Source: Veleropilina oligotropha (Eukaryota). From it: DNA of 64,000 nt. Every line of letters begins with the position of its first letter. The stretch's first letter is position 1. A program made the translations under genes and the position numbers. Positions 12,926 through 23,522 of this stretch are shown one piece after another. Below the pieces are notes generated by a model that saw only the letters and a list, made by a program, of their open reading frames with translations, had not been told where the DNA came from and made no database searches. Where the stretch lies: assembly GCA_048128005.1 (NCBI GenBank), contig JBEUKZ010000084.1, positions 310,001-374,000 on the forward strand, written 5' to 3'.

Positions 12926-15900
12926 GTTGCGGTCACTCCTGATGTGCGTCTTAAATTATGCTGATGAAATATAACTAAGCCAAACCCTATCTCTACTTGT
13001 TTCAGTTTCTTGGAAATGTGAATCCCTATTCCTTTAGACGAACCACACATCTCTGTATCATTGAAACTGTTCATTTGAATCTTTGTAATGTAATGACAAA
13101 AGTAGTTTAAATGCGCAATGCCTGTCCTGGTGATAGATTGTATAAATTATTATGTTATTTGTTGAAAATTTACACTTTTATTGTCATATTATTTGTTGTT
13201 TTTTATTATTTATGACGCATAGTGCTCTTTGGTACTCTCGGTGTATTGTCTAGGAATATTCTTCATATTTATTGATAATATAATCATGTTGTTTGCAGAA
13301 TTTCATTCGGATGAAACATAATAAACAAAGTCTAAACGTTGTCTTGCATTTTATATTATTCCAAATTCATCAGCTGCAACGAAATCTTGAGAGTTCTCTT
13401 TGAATGGAGCAAAACGAGTCCTGTTTCTATTTTTAGTGTCGCATCCTTAATAATGAGTAACATAAATGTTTGTAAATATGCATTGATAAATGAAAGTGAA
13501 CTCTCCTACGGGTGTTTACCATCTCAAAGTCGCACTATGCTTGTTTAGTTTAGTACGATGTTCAATATTCCATGTTAACATCCTTCATGATCATATTGGA
13601 CATGTTCATATTTATATTGCGAGGGCACAGCCCCTGAAAATTCTCCTGCACCAGCTAGTTATAGACACCTGTATCTGTGCATGATGATCCAATTGCATAC
13701 GTGTATTACACCATAGATAGAAATACTGGTAATAGGTTTGAATTATTTCTCCATAAATGTTTGACCAAACACCATTTCTTGATAACAGTCAAGGAAACTG
13801 TAATCCACTTGGTATCACATTTGCCATTCTCTACAGACCTTATTTTGGCAATAGTTTATTAGCTATAGGATGATGCAATTTCAGACAAAATGAAATGGAC
13901 TTGTCATGTGTTTCTCTGTATCTAGCGTCTTGGGATATCTTATCGTAACTTACCGCAAGCACCTGATTCGAGTATGAACCAGGTGTGGCGCATATAACGT
14001 TGCATTGGATAAAGTGTCCAGGGCTCGCTCTTTTAATCAGAGCAGTCAAGCGACTGAATTGAAATATCATCGACACCTGGGACTACTAGACTATAGTAGT
14101 CCCAGTCGACACAAATATCTTTCAAAAAGAATTTTGTATGTCTATTTTTTATGGCACAATCTGATTTTATAAAATCCTTAATATACGCGCTGGCAGACAA
14201 AGGTAGACAAATGGCGGTGTAGGCTATGTTCCTATGTAATCATGGCCCTGACTGTTACGTCGAAGTGCCACATCACCGCACGTAGACACTTTATTCCATC
14301 GGTTTATTTACGGATATCGGGATATTTAAGTCATTTCGTTGCTGCCAGTAATTAATCTCGAAGTAATAGTTATATGGTTACGATAAATCGCGGCTAATTG
14401 ATTAAGCCAAGGTGGAAGATCGTCTGCCAATTTTCCAATTCGGCACGTGCGTCTGGCTGGTGAAGTACGTTTCATCATTAAGTCATCAAACTGACATGCA
14501 ACGCTGTGATAATTCCGTCATACGCTGAGGTGGAATCATTTAATACTTCATATCGACGCTGTTATCGAACACTTCATATACTTATAAGGTGCTGGTCGAC
14601 TCCTGTATCGATTATAAAGTTACAATTAATTATTATGACATTCTCAGTTATAAATTTACACATCCCGAGATGGAACAAATTATTGATGTAACTCCGTTGA
14701 GGAATATCTTGTGTATTTCAAATATTTTCAGTCTGGAGATTGTAATTAACAATATTATTGCGTCTGGATATTGTTGCAGGCAACTCCGGAACGTAATGAC
14801 ATGACTGATATACGAATTGTGTGAATTTCGCATCAGTCGATTATAGAAAAGAGCTGTGAAGCAATCGCATAACGATCTTGTTTAGAGCCATTTGTTTCGT
14901 TTGTATCCTTTCAAACATCAAATCTTAACATAAATTTCATAAACACTGTTATTCGCCAGTGGTATTGTAATTCGTGTAAAATAATTCACTTGCATGAAGG
15001 GGAGTTTGTTGGTAATGAGTTTTTCATTCTCTATAAGCCGACTTTTACCCAGAATGAGAATCGTAGGAATCGCCGCTTCCAAACAGTCCCCATTAATCGG
15101 AGGACGCTATTAGCCGCACATTTTTGTACGAGTCATGTTTATCTGTTTCTTCCTGACTCTGTTGTGTGATCAGACGAAGTCGATTCATTGGTTCCATGGT
15201 GTTTGTCGGTCAAAATTGACCTAATCAACAAATTGTTATGCATAGTCACGCAGTATCGATACGAGATCCAAATGCGGTAGCTCGACTATTTAAAGCCAAA
15301 AGACGTTATTTGGCGATGGTCTTACTGTGTCATAAATATATGTACAGTCATTTCGAGACGAATTGGCGCCAGTAGGCTACCGGCAATGCAGTCGTGTACA
15401 TACTAAAGTTTGTAAGACCGTTACAAATGAGTGGACTTCATCGTGTTTCTAGGGTGTCGTCTGCTCAATGGTTTTCGGTATGGCTCTTTTGTCATATCAA
15501 CATAAAATACCACTGGTTAAGATAGTTCGTATTGTAGAACTAATATATCCTATTATTCCCCGAAAGATGTTGCCAAACTATCCTTCTTGAAGTTGGCCTA
15601 CAGCATTAAGAAGGACGTCGTAAAGAGACTGTTCTTTTCTCTCATTGGGGCACCAGGAATCCGACTGAATATATGTACTGAAACAGCGACAACTTGCTTG
15701 CCTAAATGTTTATACATCTAATTTTGAGTATTTTTGATGACCGTGTTGATTATAGTTTCTGTGTTTGCGCTTTAAATTTGTGTTATGTATTTCCATGTAT
15801 GGAATATATCGTGAAATATCTCATCGACAGTTTTAGCATGTCATTTATTTTTAGTCATACATAGTCGGACCTCAGCTATGTGGTCATCGTGTACGTTCAA

Positions 15901-17253
15901 ATGACGTTTAATTGATAGGTTTTACTCTTCCAGCGCACATTTTCTGCTCCGCATTAGACATAAATTGAATCGACCACTATTGACGGCATTAATAACTATC
16001 GATGGGTATGAATGACATAGGCCTGCTGTAATGTCGACATTTGCCGTCTAGATGATGCTGGAGGGCTCGGTGTCGACATAAGTAGCGTATGGCACCGAAA
16101 GAGTTAACGCGTTATAATACGTCTCTCCAGTCATGAGATTTAAACCCGTGTCTTACCATAACTCAACGATATTTAGACGCTTCACACAATACCAGTTGAG
16201 CTAACGAGTACACGAAAGAGCAACAGCAGAAGATTATAAGCGGATGATGGTGCATTCTCATTACCATTGGAATAAAACACCAAGATACTTCTGTGAGTTC
16301 ATAACATTTGTTGATAAAACCTGTCCTGGTATCTAGACTTGGTTCTATAAAGATGTTGGCCCGAATTCATAAAAGCATTTTAACGTGCGTGCAGTTATAA
16401 CCCGATTATCTTTTACATGGTAGATAAACAATATTGTCCGCGGACATCTAAATGGTTGTCTAAGCTGCAATTCATAAGCAGCGATGATCTAGCGTTGAGA
16501 CGTCCGCGAGTAATAATAAAGGTCTTTGCACTTTTGCACACCAGACGACAAATCTTTATGAGCTTTCACACTAGATACGTTTTTCGTAACGACCACCACT
16601 ACCATTCACGATACACGTTTGATTTTATAGGGTTATCATTTTATTTCATCTTTATTTTTATTGTCAGCGTTATTATGGATGCATAGACTGTACATGCATC
16701 CTAAATTCCGTATTTCATTCGGATTGCAAAGCATCTATAAGCATAAGATATTTGCTCTTCCCTCCACACGTTCTCTTTTTTTCAATATCTTTATATCCTA
16801 CTGGAATGAGGATATCATACAACTGTACTTGTACGATAATAACCTCTTTGGTGGTCTTCTGCATGATGTCATTTTGTCAATCCTACATATGCGAAATCGG
16901 AACGAAAATCGTTGAGATAGGATCAGATCCTATCTGGACGATTTTCGTTGCGATTATGTAAATATCGTTGCGACAGTCGCGTTGTGTCTGAAAGGCTCCA
17001 TGGTAATGTGTTGTTTCTATCGTAACGAATATCGTAACGATAATCGTTGCGATTTTCGTTGCCGCATCTGGTGTGAAAAGGCCTTATGCAATGTGGTTTC
17101 ATTGTTCGTTGCCCTATATAAAGATGAAATATACAACTATTATGAACGTTCACTTGGAGCGTGTCTGAAGTTCGAATTTATAGACAATGTCAAGAGAGAA
17201 GAAAGGGACAATATTTCGTGCGACCATCTAATGAGCCTGATTGGTGCAGTTAA

Positions 17254-17585
17254 AGACGCTGAACCAGAATCAGTCCCGTAAAATGGGACTTGACGCAATT
17301 TTAATCTGACGCTTTCTGTATGTGATCTTTGCATGAAAGTTATGATCATATCTTGAAATAAAATTTAAGATATATTCATAAAAGTTGTAAATGTCGATAA
17401 TGAATTAAAGTGCGCCTTTTATTCAATATCGACATTTACATCGTCTATGACTAATCTAAAAAAAATATTTTTTCGATATGATAATCTCAAAACTATCATA
17501 ACGTTATGCAAAGAATACATACAGAAAGTGTCAGATTAAATTACGTTACATTACATTTTAAGGAACTGATTCCGGTTCAGCAGCT
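17254..17585. mobile_element. Palindromic MITE with TTAA target duplication (Kolobok-like)
   Basis: TTAA|AGACGCTGAACCAGAATCAGT ... ACTGATTCCGGTTCAGCAGCT|TTAA; the interior is an imperfect palindrome. Confidence 0.6.
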
Positions 17586-17829
17586 TTAACATACAAGTTG
17601 TGGAAGATAGAGAAGTGACGCGCCAGCTAACAACAGAAGAAACAGACTGCATGGGATACTATATCAAAACGAATGTCGGTAATTGTCTTCAGCGACCAAA
17701 ATCGTCTGCCAAGAATTTACGAGAGTTATGGAGGATTGATGAAAACGAAGCCAAAGGCGCTTGCTAGAGAGAAGAAAGTCGATCTTCGAAAACAAAGTTT
17801 ATCCTGCCAGAAATTTCGCGAAATGCTGC

Positions 17830-18210
17830 AATTCTTCAAATACCAGATAGTCATGTGTTGAACGTACCATCTTTCAACGACATTCATAAGAATATATCTG
17901 TGAACACACACAAATTGGTAGTTGAGGACTTAATATCCTTTCATGTCCAAAAACCTAAAAGCAAATATGGCACCAAGACTTGCAACTTCTACATGGAAGC
18001 AACCAATAGTACCTACGCTCCCATGAAATTGTATAAGCTCGTAGAATCCCCCAGTAACAACTCGTCCTTCTTGTGGGATGTCAGGAATAAGAATAAACTG
18101 CCTTCTCATTTCTCAAATTTCAGCAGTGACACGATAAACAACCCTACATCAGGTATAGGTTGGGAAACTCCACACATGTTCACAATATCCATCTGAAACG
18201 GTACTATCGC
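17830..18210 (-). pseudogene. HARBI1-like Harbinger transposase remnant, part downstream of the Polinton insertion
   Basis: Minus-strand translation PFQMDIVNMCGVSQP / RVVYRVTAEI* / GGFYELIQFHGSVGTIGCFHV / KGY*VLNYQFVCVH / NVVERW matches Harbinger transposase motifs (GVSQPT, FPGVIGAIDCTH, RKGYHSINVQLVCD, NVVARWPG); contains stops and frameshifts. Confidence 0.75.
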
Positions 18211-18879
18211 AGTAGTACTGATGACTCGTTGCACTCAAATGACATCATACCTGTGTTGCAAGGTGTGTTGCAATACCTGTGACGTAGTTAGGTATAGGTA
18301 TGACTCATATCTATGTTGTATACTAGATAATTATAGCCTCAGATGTTGTATACTAGATAATTATAGCCTCAGATGAGTCATACATGTGTTTATGGGTAAT
18401 CTGTGTACTAGATAATTATACCCCCAGATGAGTCATACACGTGTTTGTTTATGAATACCTGTGTATATCTGTGTAGAGTATTAACCGTACTAGTGCCAGC
18501 CGCTCCCTCCCTCTAGGGATCCTTGGGTAGAGGGATACCCATTCGGTGCCCTATACGACGAGGTACACCTATGATATATTACATGGGTAGACCCATTCGG
18601 TACCTGCCCTATATGACGAGGTACCCCTATAATGGGCACGTACCTGTGACGTATTTGTGACGTAGTAGGAAATATTTCACACTAAACAAATCATGTCAAC
18701 TAAGTATGTCAACACATGGCTATTTACTATAGGAAATGCGATATCCTGTATCTTGTGGCTGCTTCAGCAGGCGACTAGCTTCTACTACAGGAAGCGTGAC
18801 ATCCGGCTCATTCTCGCAATAATATCGGATATACATATATACTTGATTGGGTCAGTTTTAACACACAAACCACCATGTT

Positions 18880-20130
18880 TTACAGGATGCTAATTTGGTA
18901 TGTAAGAACAGATGATAACAGTATCCGATGTCCACAAAACTCAGATAGCCAGATGGTTCAAATGGGCACGTACCTGTGACGTATTTGTGACGTAGTAGGA
19001 AATATTTCACACTAAACAAATCATAAGCATGTCAACACGTGGCTATTTACTATAGGAAATGCGATATCCTGTATCTTGTGGCAGTACTATTATTCAGCAG
19101 GCGACTGTCATTGTAGCTTCTACTACAGGAAGCGTGACATCCGGCTCATTCTCGCAATAATATCGGATATACATATATACTTGATTGGGTCAGTTTTAAC
19201 ACACAAACCACCATGTTTTACAGGATGCTAATTTGGTATGTAAGAATGGATGCTAGCAGTATCCGATGTCCACAATACTCAGATAGCCAGATGGTTCGAA
19301 TCCCATGTGTCAGGTTTTGAGAACAAACTGATATATACAATCCGCCATGTTTTACAGGATGCTAATTTGGTATGTAAGAATGGATGCTAGCAGTATCCGA
19401 TGTCCACAATACTCAGATAACCAGATGGTTCGAATCCCATGTGTCAGGTTTTGAGAACAAACTGATATATACAATCCGCCATGTTTTACAGGATGCTAAT
19501 TTGGTATGTAAGAATGGATACTAGCAGTATCTGATGTCCACAAAACTCAGATAGCCAGATGGTTCTAACCCACGGTTGTACCGAAACGTAAACAACATAA
19601 CACATATTGATCAAAATAACGATGTATTACAGTTGTACTATGGTAGTTATGTACCGGTAGCCACGCAGGTGGTTCGAACCTACGGATAATGTACTTGGAA
19701 GATGTGCTTTACATATGTATATTGGTAGTTTCTATAACAACATAGAACACACAAATCACAGTAGAATTTGCCACGCAGGTGGTTCGAACCTACGGATAAT
19801 GTACTTGGAAGATGTGCTTTACATATGTATATTGGTAGTTTCTATAACAACATAGAACACACGCTTTCGGGTCGGTAGCCACGTAGGTGGTTCGAACCAG
19901 TGGTTAACAATTTGACATGTAAAAGACATAACACGACTGAACATTTTTCTTATCAAAATGACGATGTAATACGAGGACTTTTTACAGTTGTACTATGGTA
20001 GTTATGGACCGGTAGCCACGCAGGTGGTTCGAACCTACGGATAATGTACTTGGAAGAGGTGCTTTACATACATATATTGGCAGTTTATAACAACATAGAA
20101 CACACGCTTTCGGGGGCGATAGCCACGCAG
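18880..20130 (+). repeat. Tandem repeat arrays (134-bp and ~110-bp units) containing Pol III B-box-like motifs
   Basis: GGTTCGAATCC at 19293 and 19427; GGTTCGAACC at 19671, 19781, 19889 and 20026; variant GGTTCTAACC at 19561. Mirrored in the right arm. Confidence 0.85.
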
Positions 20131-20985
20131 ATGATTGTTAACAATTTGACAGTTATAAACATATAGGGTTATATACATACCTATATCGTTACGTAGTGAT
20201 AATGAAGTTTCTCATATCCGTCATGTGTTTGACAACTAATTATCCATATAGAGCAGGCTCAGTTCACCAAATGTAACTAGCAGGCAGGAAGCCAGTGTAT
20301 CTTGTTTCAATCTGGTTTTATGTGTCTTCATAACGGAAGTTTGGTGCACTATTGTGTACATGGAAATGGGTCTAAACTAAAATGTATTGAGTTATTTCAA
20401 ACATACATGAATACAAAAACACCCAGTAAATATGTGTTCTTGGTATTTGACTTCAGCTATCCTACATATCAGAAATGACATAAGCAAAAAGGCATATTTG
20501 CCACAAAATGGTCAGGAATGGTCAACTCGGTTAATATTGCCCTTAGATATTTTAAATTAGGATAACAAGAAATTCGAAAAAATGTGCACCAAAATTATGA
20601 GGCTAGGGCCTACAAGTTTGTCTAAATAAGGGGCATAACTCGAAACCGCCGTGTCATATAGACCTGAAATTTGTGTCATTTGATTCGGTTTGACCATATG
20701 TATATATTATGGCAAGTTATTTGTCTAAAATCACCTCAATTCGTCTATGTATGTGAATTTGCAATAATTGTGGTAATTTTAATTTCAGAACCATGTCTGA
20801 ACTTCGACATTTGATCCAATCGTTTACAGACCCTGAAGAATTAACACACTTTGCGACATAACTTGGAATATCGGAGAACCCACTACTGGTCACACCAGCG
20901 AAGTCAAGTCTGTTTGAAGTCCGATACCTCTGTATTGTCAAAGGGTCCTTTATATAAGGGACAACCATGCCTGTTAAACATTGCA

Positions 20986-21310
20986 GAGGCAGGTGGAGGT
21001 GGGGCCGCGGCAGGTGGAGGTGTGGCCGCGGCAGTGGAAGGTGACTGATAAACATAGGCAACTGGGTGGAGGTGGGGCCGCGGCAGTGGAGGGTGTGACC
21101 GCGGCAGTGGAAGGTGACTGATAAACCTAGTAGTGGAGGTGGAGGTGGGTCCGCGGCAGTGGAGGGTGTGACCGCGGCAGTGGAAGGTGACTGATAAACA
21201 TAGGCAACTGGGTGGAGGTGGGGCCGCGGCAGGTGGAGGTGTGGCCGCGGCAGTGGAAGGTGACTGATAAACATAGGCAACTGGGTGGAGGTGGGGCCGC
21301 GGCAGTGGAG
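20986..21310. repeat. GC-rich, G-skewed tandem repeat (mirror at 23802-24126)
   Basis: Repeated GGAGGTGGGGCCGCGGCAGTGG and GGTGACTGATAAACATAGGCAACTGGGT units. Confidence 0.9.
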
Positions 21311-21371
21311 AGCTCAGAAAGACAGACAAGAAACATCAAAAATATGTATTTTTATTCATATTATTACATTA

Positions 21372-21605
21372 TTAATAAGGAAGCCATTTAAATGGTGGAT
21401 GTTTACGACGACAATGCACTCTCATATGATATTTTCTGGAAAATGTTTCTTGGCACGTAGGACATTGCACACGTTTTGGTGCAGACTGAGACGGGGATTG
21501 TGTTGTTATGACATCTACATGCTTATTCTTAAGGTGTCTTAACATGGCATCCTTTCTAGAAAATTTTACATTACAAACAGGGCAAATTATTAATAGGGTA
21601 GCCAT
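21372..21605 (-). CDS. Two-finger C2H2 zinc-finger protein (left-arm mirror copy)
   Basis: Identical protein to 23507-23740. Confidence 0.55.
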   Translation of the reverse strand: MATLLIICPVCNVKFSRKDAMLRHLKNKHVDVITTQSPSQSAPKRVQCPTCQETFSRKYHMRVHCRRKHPPFKWLPY

Positions 21606-21899
21606 TTAAAAGTCGCAATGCTTTCTCCGGGTGGTCCCTTGTACGATGATTTGACAATCACAGGTGCTTTCAATGTTTTTTCAACGATTTTATATGTGTA
21701 TCCAGGAGGTCCCTCGTTCGATGGTTTGACAATCACTGGTGCTTTCAATGTCTTTTCAATTATTTTAGATGTTTCTCCTAAAGACCCTTTTTTCCTATAT
21801 GTGACAGCCAAGCCTCTGTTTTGTGGGTAAGGAGTATATGAACTGACTTTACACAAGTTTGCCTAAAAAAGGTGGACATGTTCTATTTTTAGTAACATG

Positions 21900-21950
21900 G
21901 GCGACGTCATTTATATTTTTAGTAACATTTTTACGTATAAATAGCCATCT
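21900..21950 (+). promoter_or_regulatory. Candidate Pol II promoter of the Polinton gene cassette
   Basis: CRE-like GACGTCA near 21903, repeated TATTTTTAGTAACAT, and TATAAATA at 21936-21943, just upstream of the first ORF. Confidence 0.45.
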
Positions 21951-21979
21951 GGATCGGAGAGGTCATATTAAGGAAAGCC

Positions 21980-22444
21980 ATGGCGCAATCAACATGTATT
22001 CTTGGAAGAAATTGCTGGGTAGAAAGAATTATGGATTCGTTTATTATTAAGAAATATGACAAATATGTTGAATTTCCCCTATGTCGATGGAAGTTATTTA
22101 AGAATAATTTTGGGAATTTCGATGAAGCTATCAAAGAAATAGAAGAAGGAAAATTGTCGTCATTACGCTATCATGTAGGAGGAAACGTGTATGTGAGCAT
22201 AAGCAAGCAGTACCCACATTTGGATATACGTTATTTTTGGTTGCCAGAAGATGCCCTAGAATTACGTCCTACGAAAAGAGGCGTTACCATAACCTACGAA
22301 CAATACGAAGATTTGAAAAAATGGAATGATAACATGCCTAAAGATACAGTGATTTGCTACCAAAGAGCCGACCATCAAAACTTATGGGGTGCTTTGGAGT
22401 GTCCTGAATGTAACCCTAATAAAAAAGTGTGGGAATTGTATTAA
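21980..22444 (+). CDS. PC4/Sub1-like ssDNA-binding protein with C-terminal Cys/His motif (alternative start ATG 22031)
   Basis: YHVGGNVYVSIS...LDIRYFW...LRPTKRGVTITYEQYEDLKK fits the PC4 pattern (VDIR.YW...P.KKGISL...QW..L); ends CYQRADHQNLWGALECPECNP. Confidence 0.85.
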   Translation: MAQSTCILGRNCWVERIMDSFIIKKYDKYVEFPLCRWKLFKNNFGNFDEAIKEIEEGKLSSLRYHVGGNVYVSISKQYPHLDIRYFWLPEDALELRPTKRGVTITYEQYEDLKKWNDNMPKDTVICYQRADHQNLWGALECPECNPNKKVWELY

Positions 22445-22476
22445 TAGACTACACGCAAGCAAGAAGATTCATTATT

Positions 22477-22839
22477 ATGGAGAAAGTCGAAGCGTTAACA
22501 TTGAAAGGCAAGGCGAAATGGACAATTAGAATTATAGTGTTATTATTATTGTGTACCACTGCTGGAATTACGTACGAGAAAGGAAAAATATGCGTGTCAT
22601 CACAACCGCTTCCCGAACCCCGGGCATCTGTACAGGCCATCAACGGGACGTTCTACGAAAAAGAATTACAAGCAGTGAATAAAGAGGCAGATGCTATCTG
22701 GCGTATTGAAAAAGTGTTGAGAATGGATGGGTTGGCCGGTCAAGTTCAATTCGTGGATCCCAGAGGTCGATATACAGTGAAAAATGCGTCGCTTGCGTCA
22801 TTTCAGCATGAGCCTCCGCATGGTGCTGACGTCTACTGA
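22477..22839 (+). CDS. Small hypothetical protein with N-terminal hydrophobic (signal/TM) segment
   Basis: ATG at 22477; WTIRIIVLLLLCTTAGI hydrophobic stretch after basic residues; packed between the PC4 and penton ORFs. Confidence 0.55.
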   Translation: MEKVEALTLKGKAKWTIRIIVLLLLCTTAGITYEKGKICVSSQPLPEPRASVQAINGTFYEKELQAVNKEADAIWRIEKVLRMDGLAGQVQFVDPRGRYTVKNASLASFQHEPPHGADVY

Positions 22840-23215
22840 CAGCTCCGATTACTTTGAAAATACGCCCTATGATTTTCGTGTGCAATTGAATAGAGAAGTG
22901 AAATTTGATGGTCAATGGTCTGTGGCATTAACGGAATTTTCGAGGAAAAAGGCCAAATTCAGAAGAGATCTATACGTATATTTCGATGCATGTACAGAAA
23001 GTTTTGTTGGAGGCAAAGAGGTGCCATTATTAAGACGCATTACAAATAGCAGTTCTGTAATATATCAAAATCCATATTATATCCCGTTGAAGCAGAGTAG
23101 TTTGCACCACATCCATTTGTATATAAAAGATGTTAATGACAACAAGGCTTCATTTCTGAACGAAGCAGTGACGGTGACACTTCATTTTAAACATGTCAGG
23201 AAAAGTGTATGTTAG
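22808..23215 (+). CDS. Polinton/adintovirus minor capsid (penton)-like protein, compact form
   Basis: LTSTDSSDYFENTPYDFRVQL...DGQWSVALTEF...LYVYFD...SFVGG...PLLRRI...NPYYIPL...IHLYIKD...VTVTLHFK matches the recalled Polinton penton motifs (SNSS..YFP.N...F...L...G.WEVGL.E; LYVYCD...VGD...PLLR; PHY.P; VTLHFR). Confidence 0.8.
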   Translation: MSLRMVLTSTDSSDYFENTPYDFRVQLNREVKFDGQWSVALTEFSRKKAKFRRDLYVYFDACTESFVGGKEVPLLRRITNSSSVIYQNPYYIPLKQSSLHHIHLYIKDVNDNKASFLNEAVTVTLHFKHVRKSVC

Positions 23216-23522
23216 CGTGCCAGGACAATGGGATCAAATATACAAAGATTTATACGATGGTAAAGTCAGTTCATATACTCCTTACCCACAAAACAGAGGC
23301 TTGGCTGTCACATATAGGAAAAAAGGGTCTTTAGGAGAAACATCTAAAATAATTGAAAAGACATTGAAAGCACCAGTGATTGTCAAACCATCGAACGAGG
23401 GACCTCCTGGATACACATATAAAATCGTTGAAAAAACATTGAAAGCACCTGTGATTGTCAAATCATCGTACAAGGGACCACCCGGAGAAAGAATTGCGAC
23501 TTTTAAATGGCTACCCTATTAA
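23193..23522 (+). CDS. Hypothetical Polinton-associated protein with internal 22-aa duplication
   Basis: ATG start overlaps the penton ORF. MSGKVYVSVPGQWDQIYKDLYDGKV N-terminus; repeats KIIEKTLKAPVIVKPSNEGPPG and KIVEKTLKAPVIVKSSYKGPPG. Crosses the core/arm boundary at 23260. Confidence 0.55.
   Translation: MSGKVYVSVPGQWDQIYKDLYDGKVSSYTPYPQNRGLAVTYRKKGSLGETSKIIEKTLKAPVIVKPSNEGPPGYTYKIVEKTLKAPVIVKSSYKGPPGERIATFKWLPY

Larger units (their letters stand above)
18211..21852 (+). repeat. Left inverted arm (3642 bp)
   Basis: Near-identical reverse complement of 23260-26563. Mirror ORF coordinates sum to 45112 internally and 44774 terminally, so the left arm has 338 extra bp. Confidence 0.95.

Noticed and set aside
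19212..19600. tRNA genes or a CRISPR-like array in the arm repeats
   Set aside because: No complete cloverleaf or acceptor stem was found. The units are tandem duplicates without unique spacers, in a eukaryotic context.
20717..21339. Pro/His-rich ORFs of 141-187 aa (and mirrors at 23773-24395)
   Set aside because: They are translations of the GC-rich tandem repeat, open in several frames, with no domain signature.
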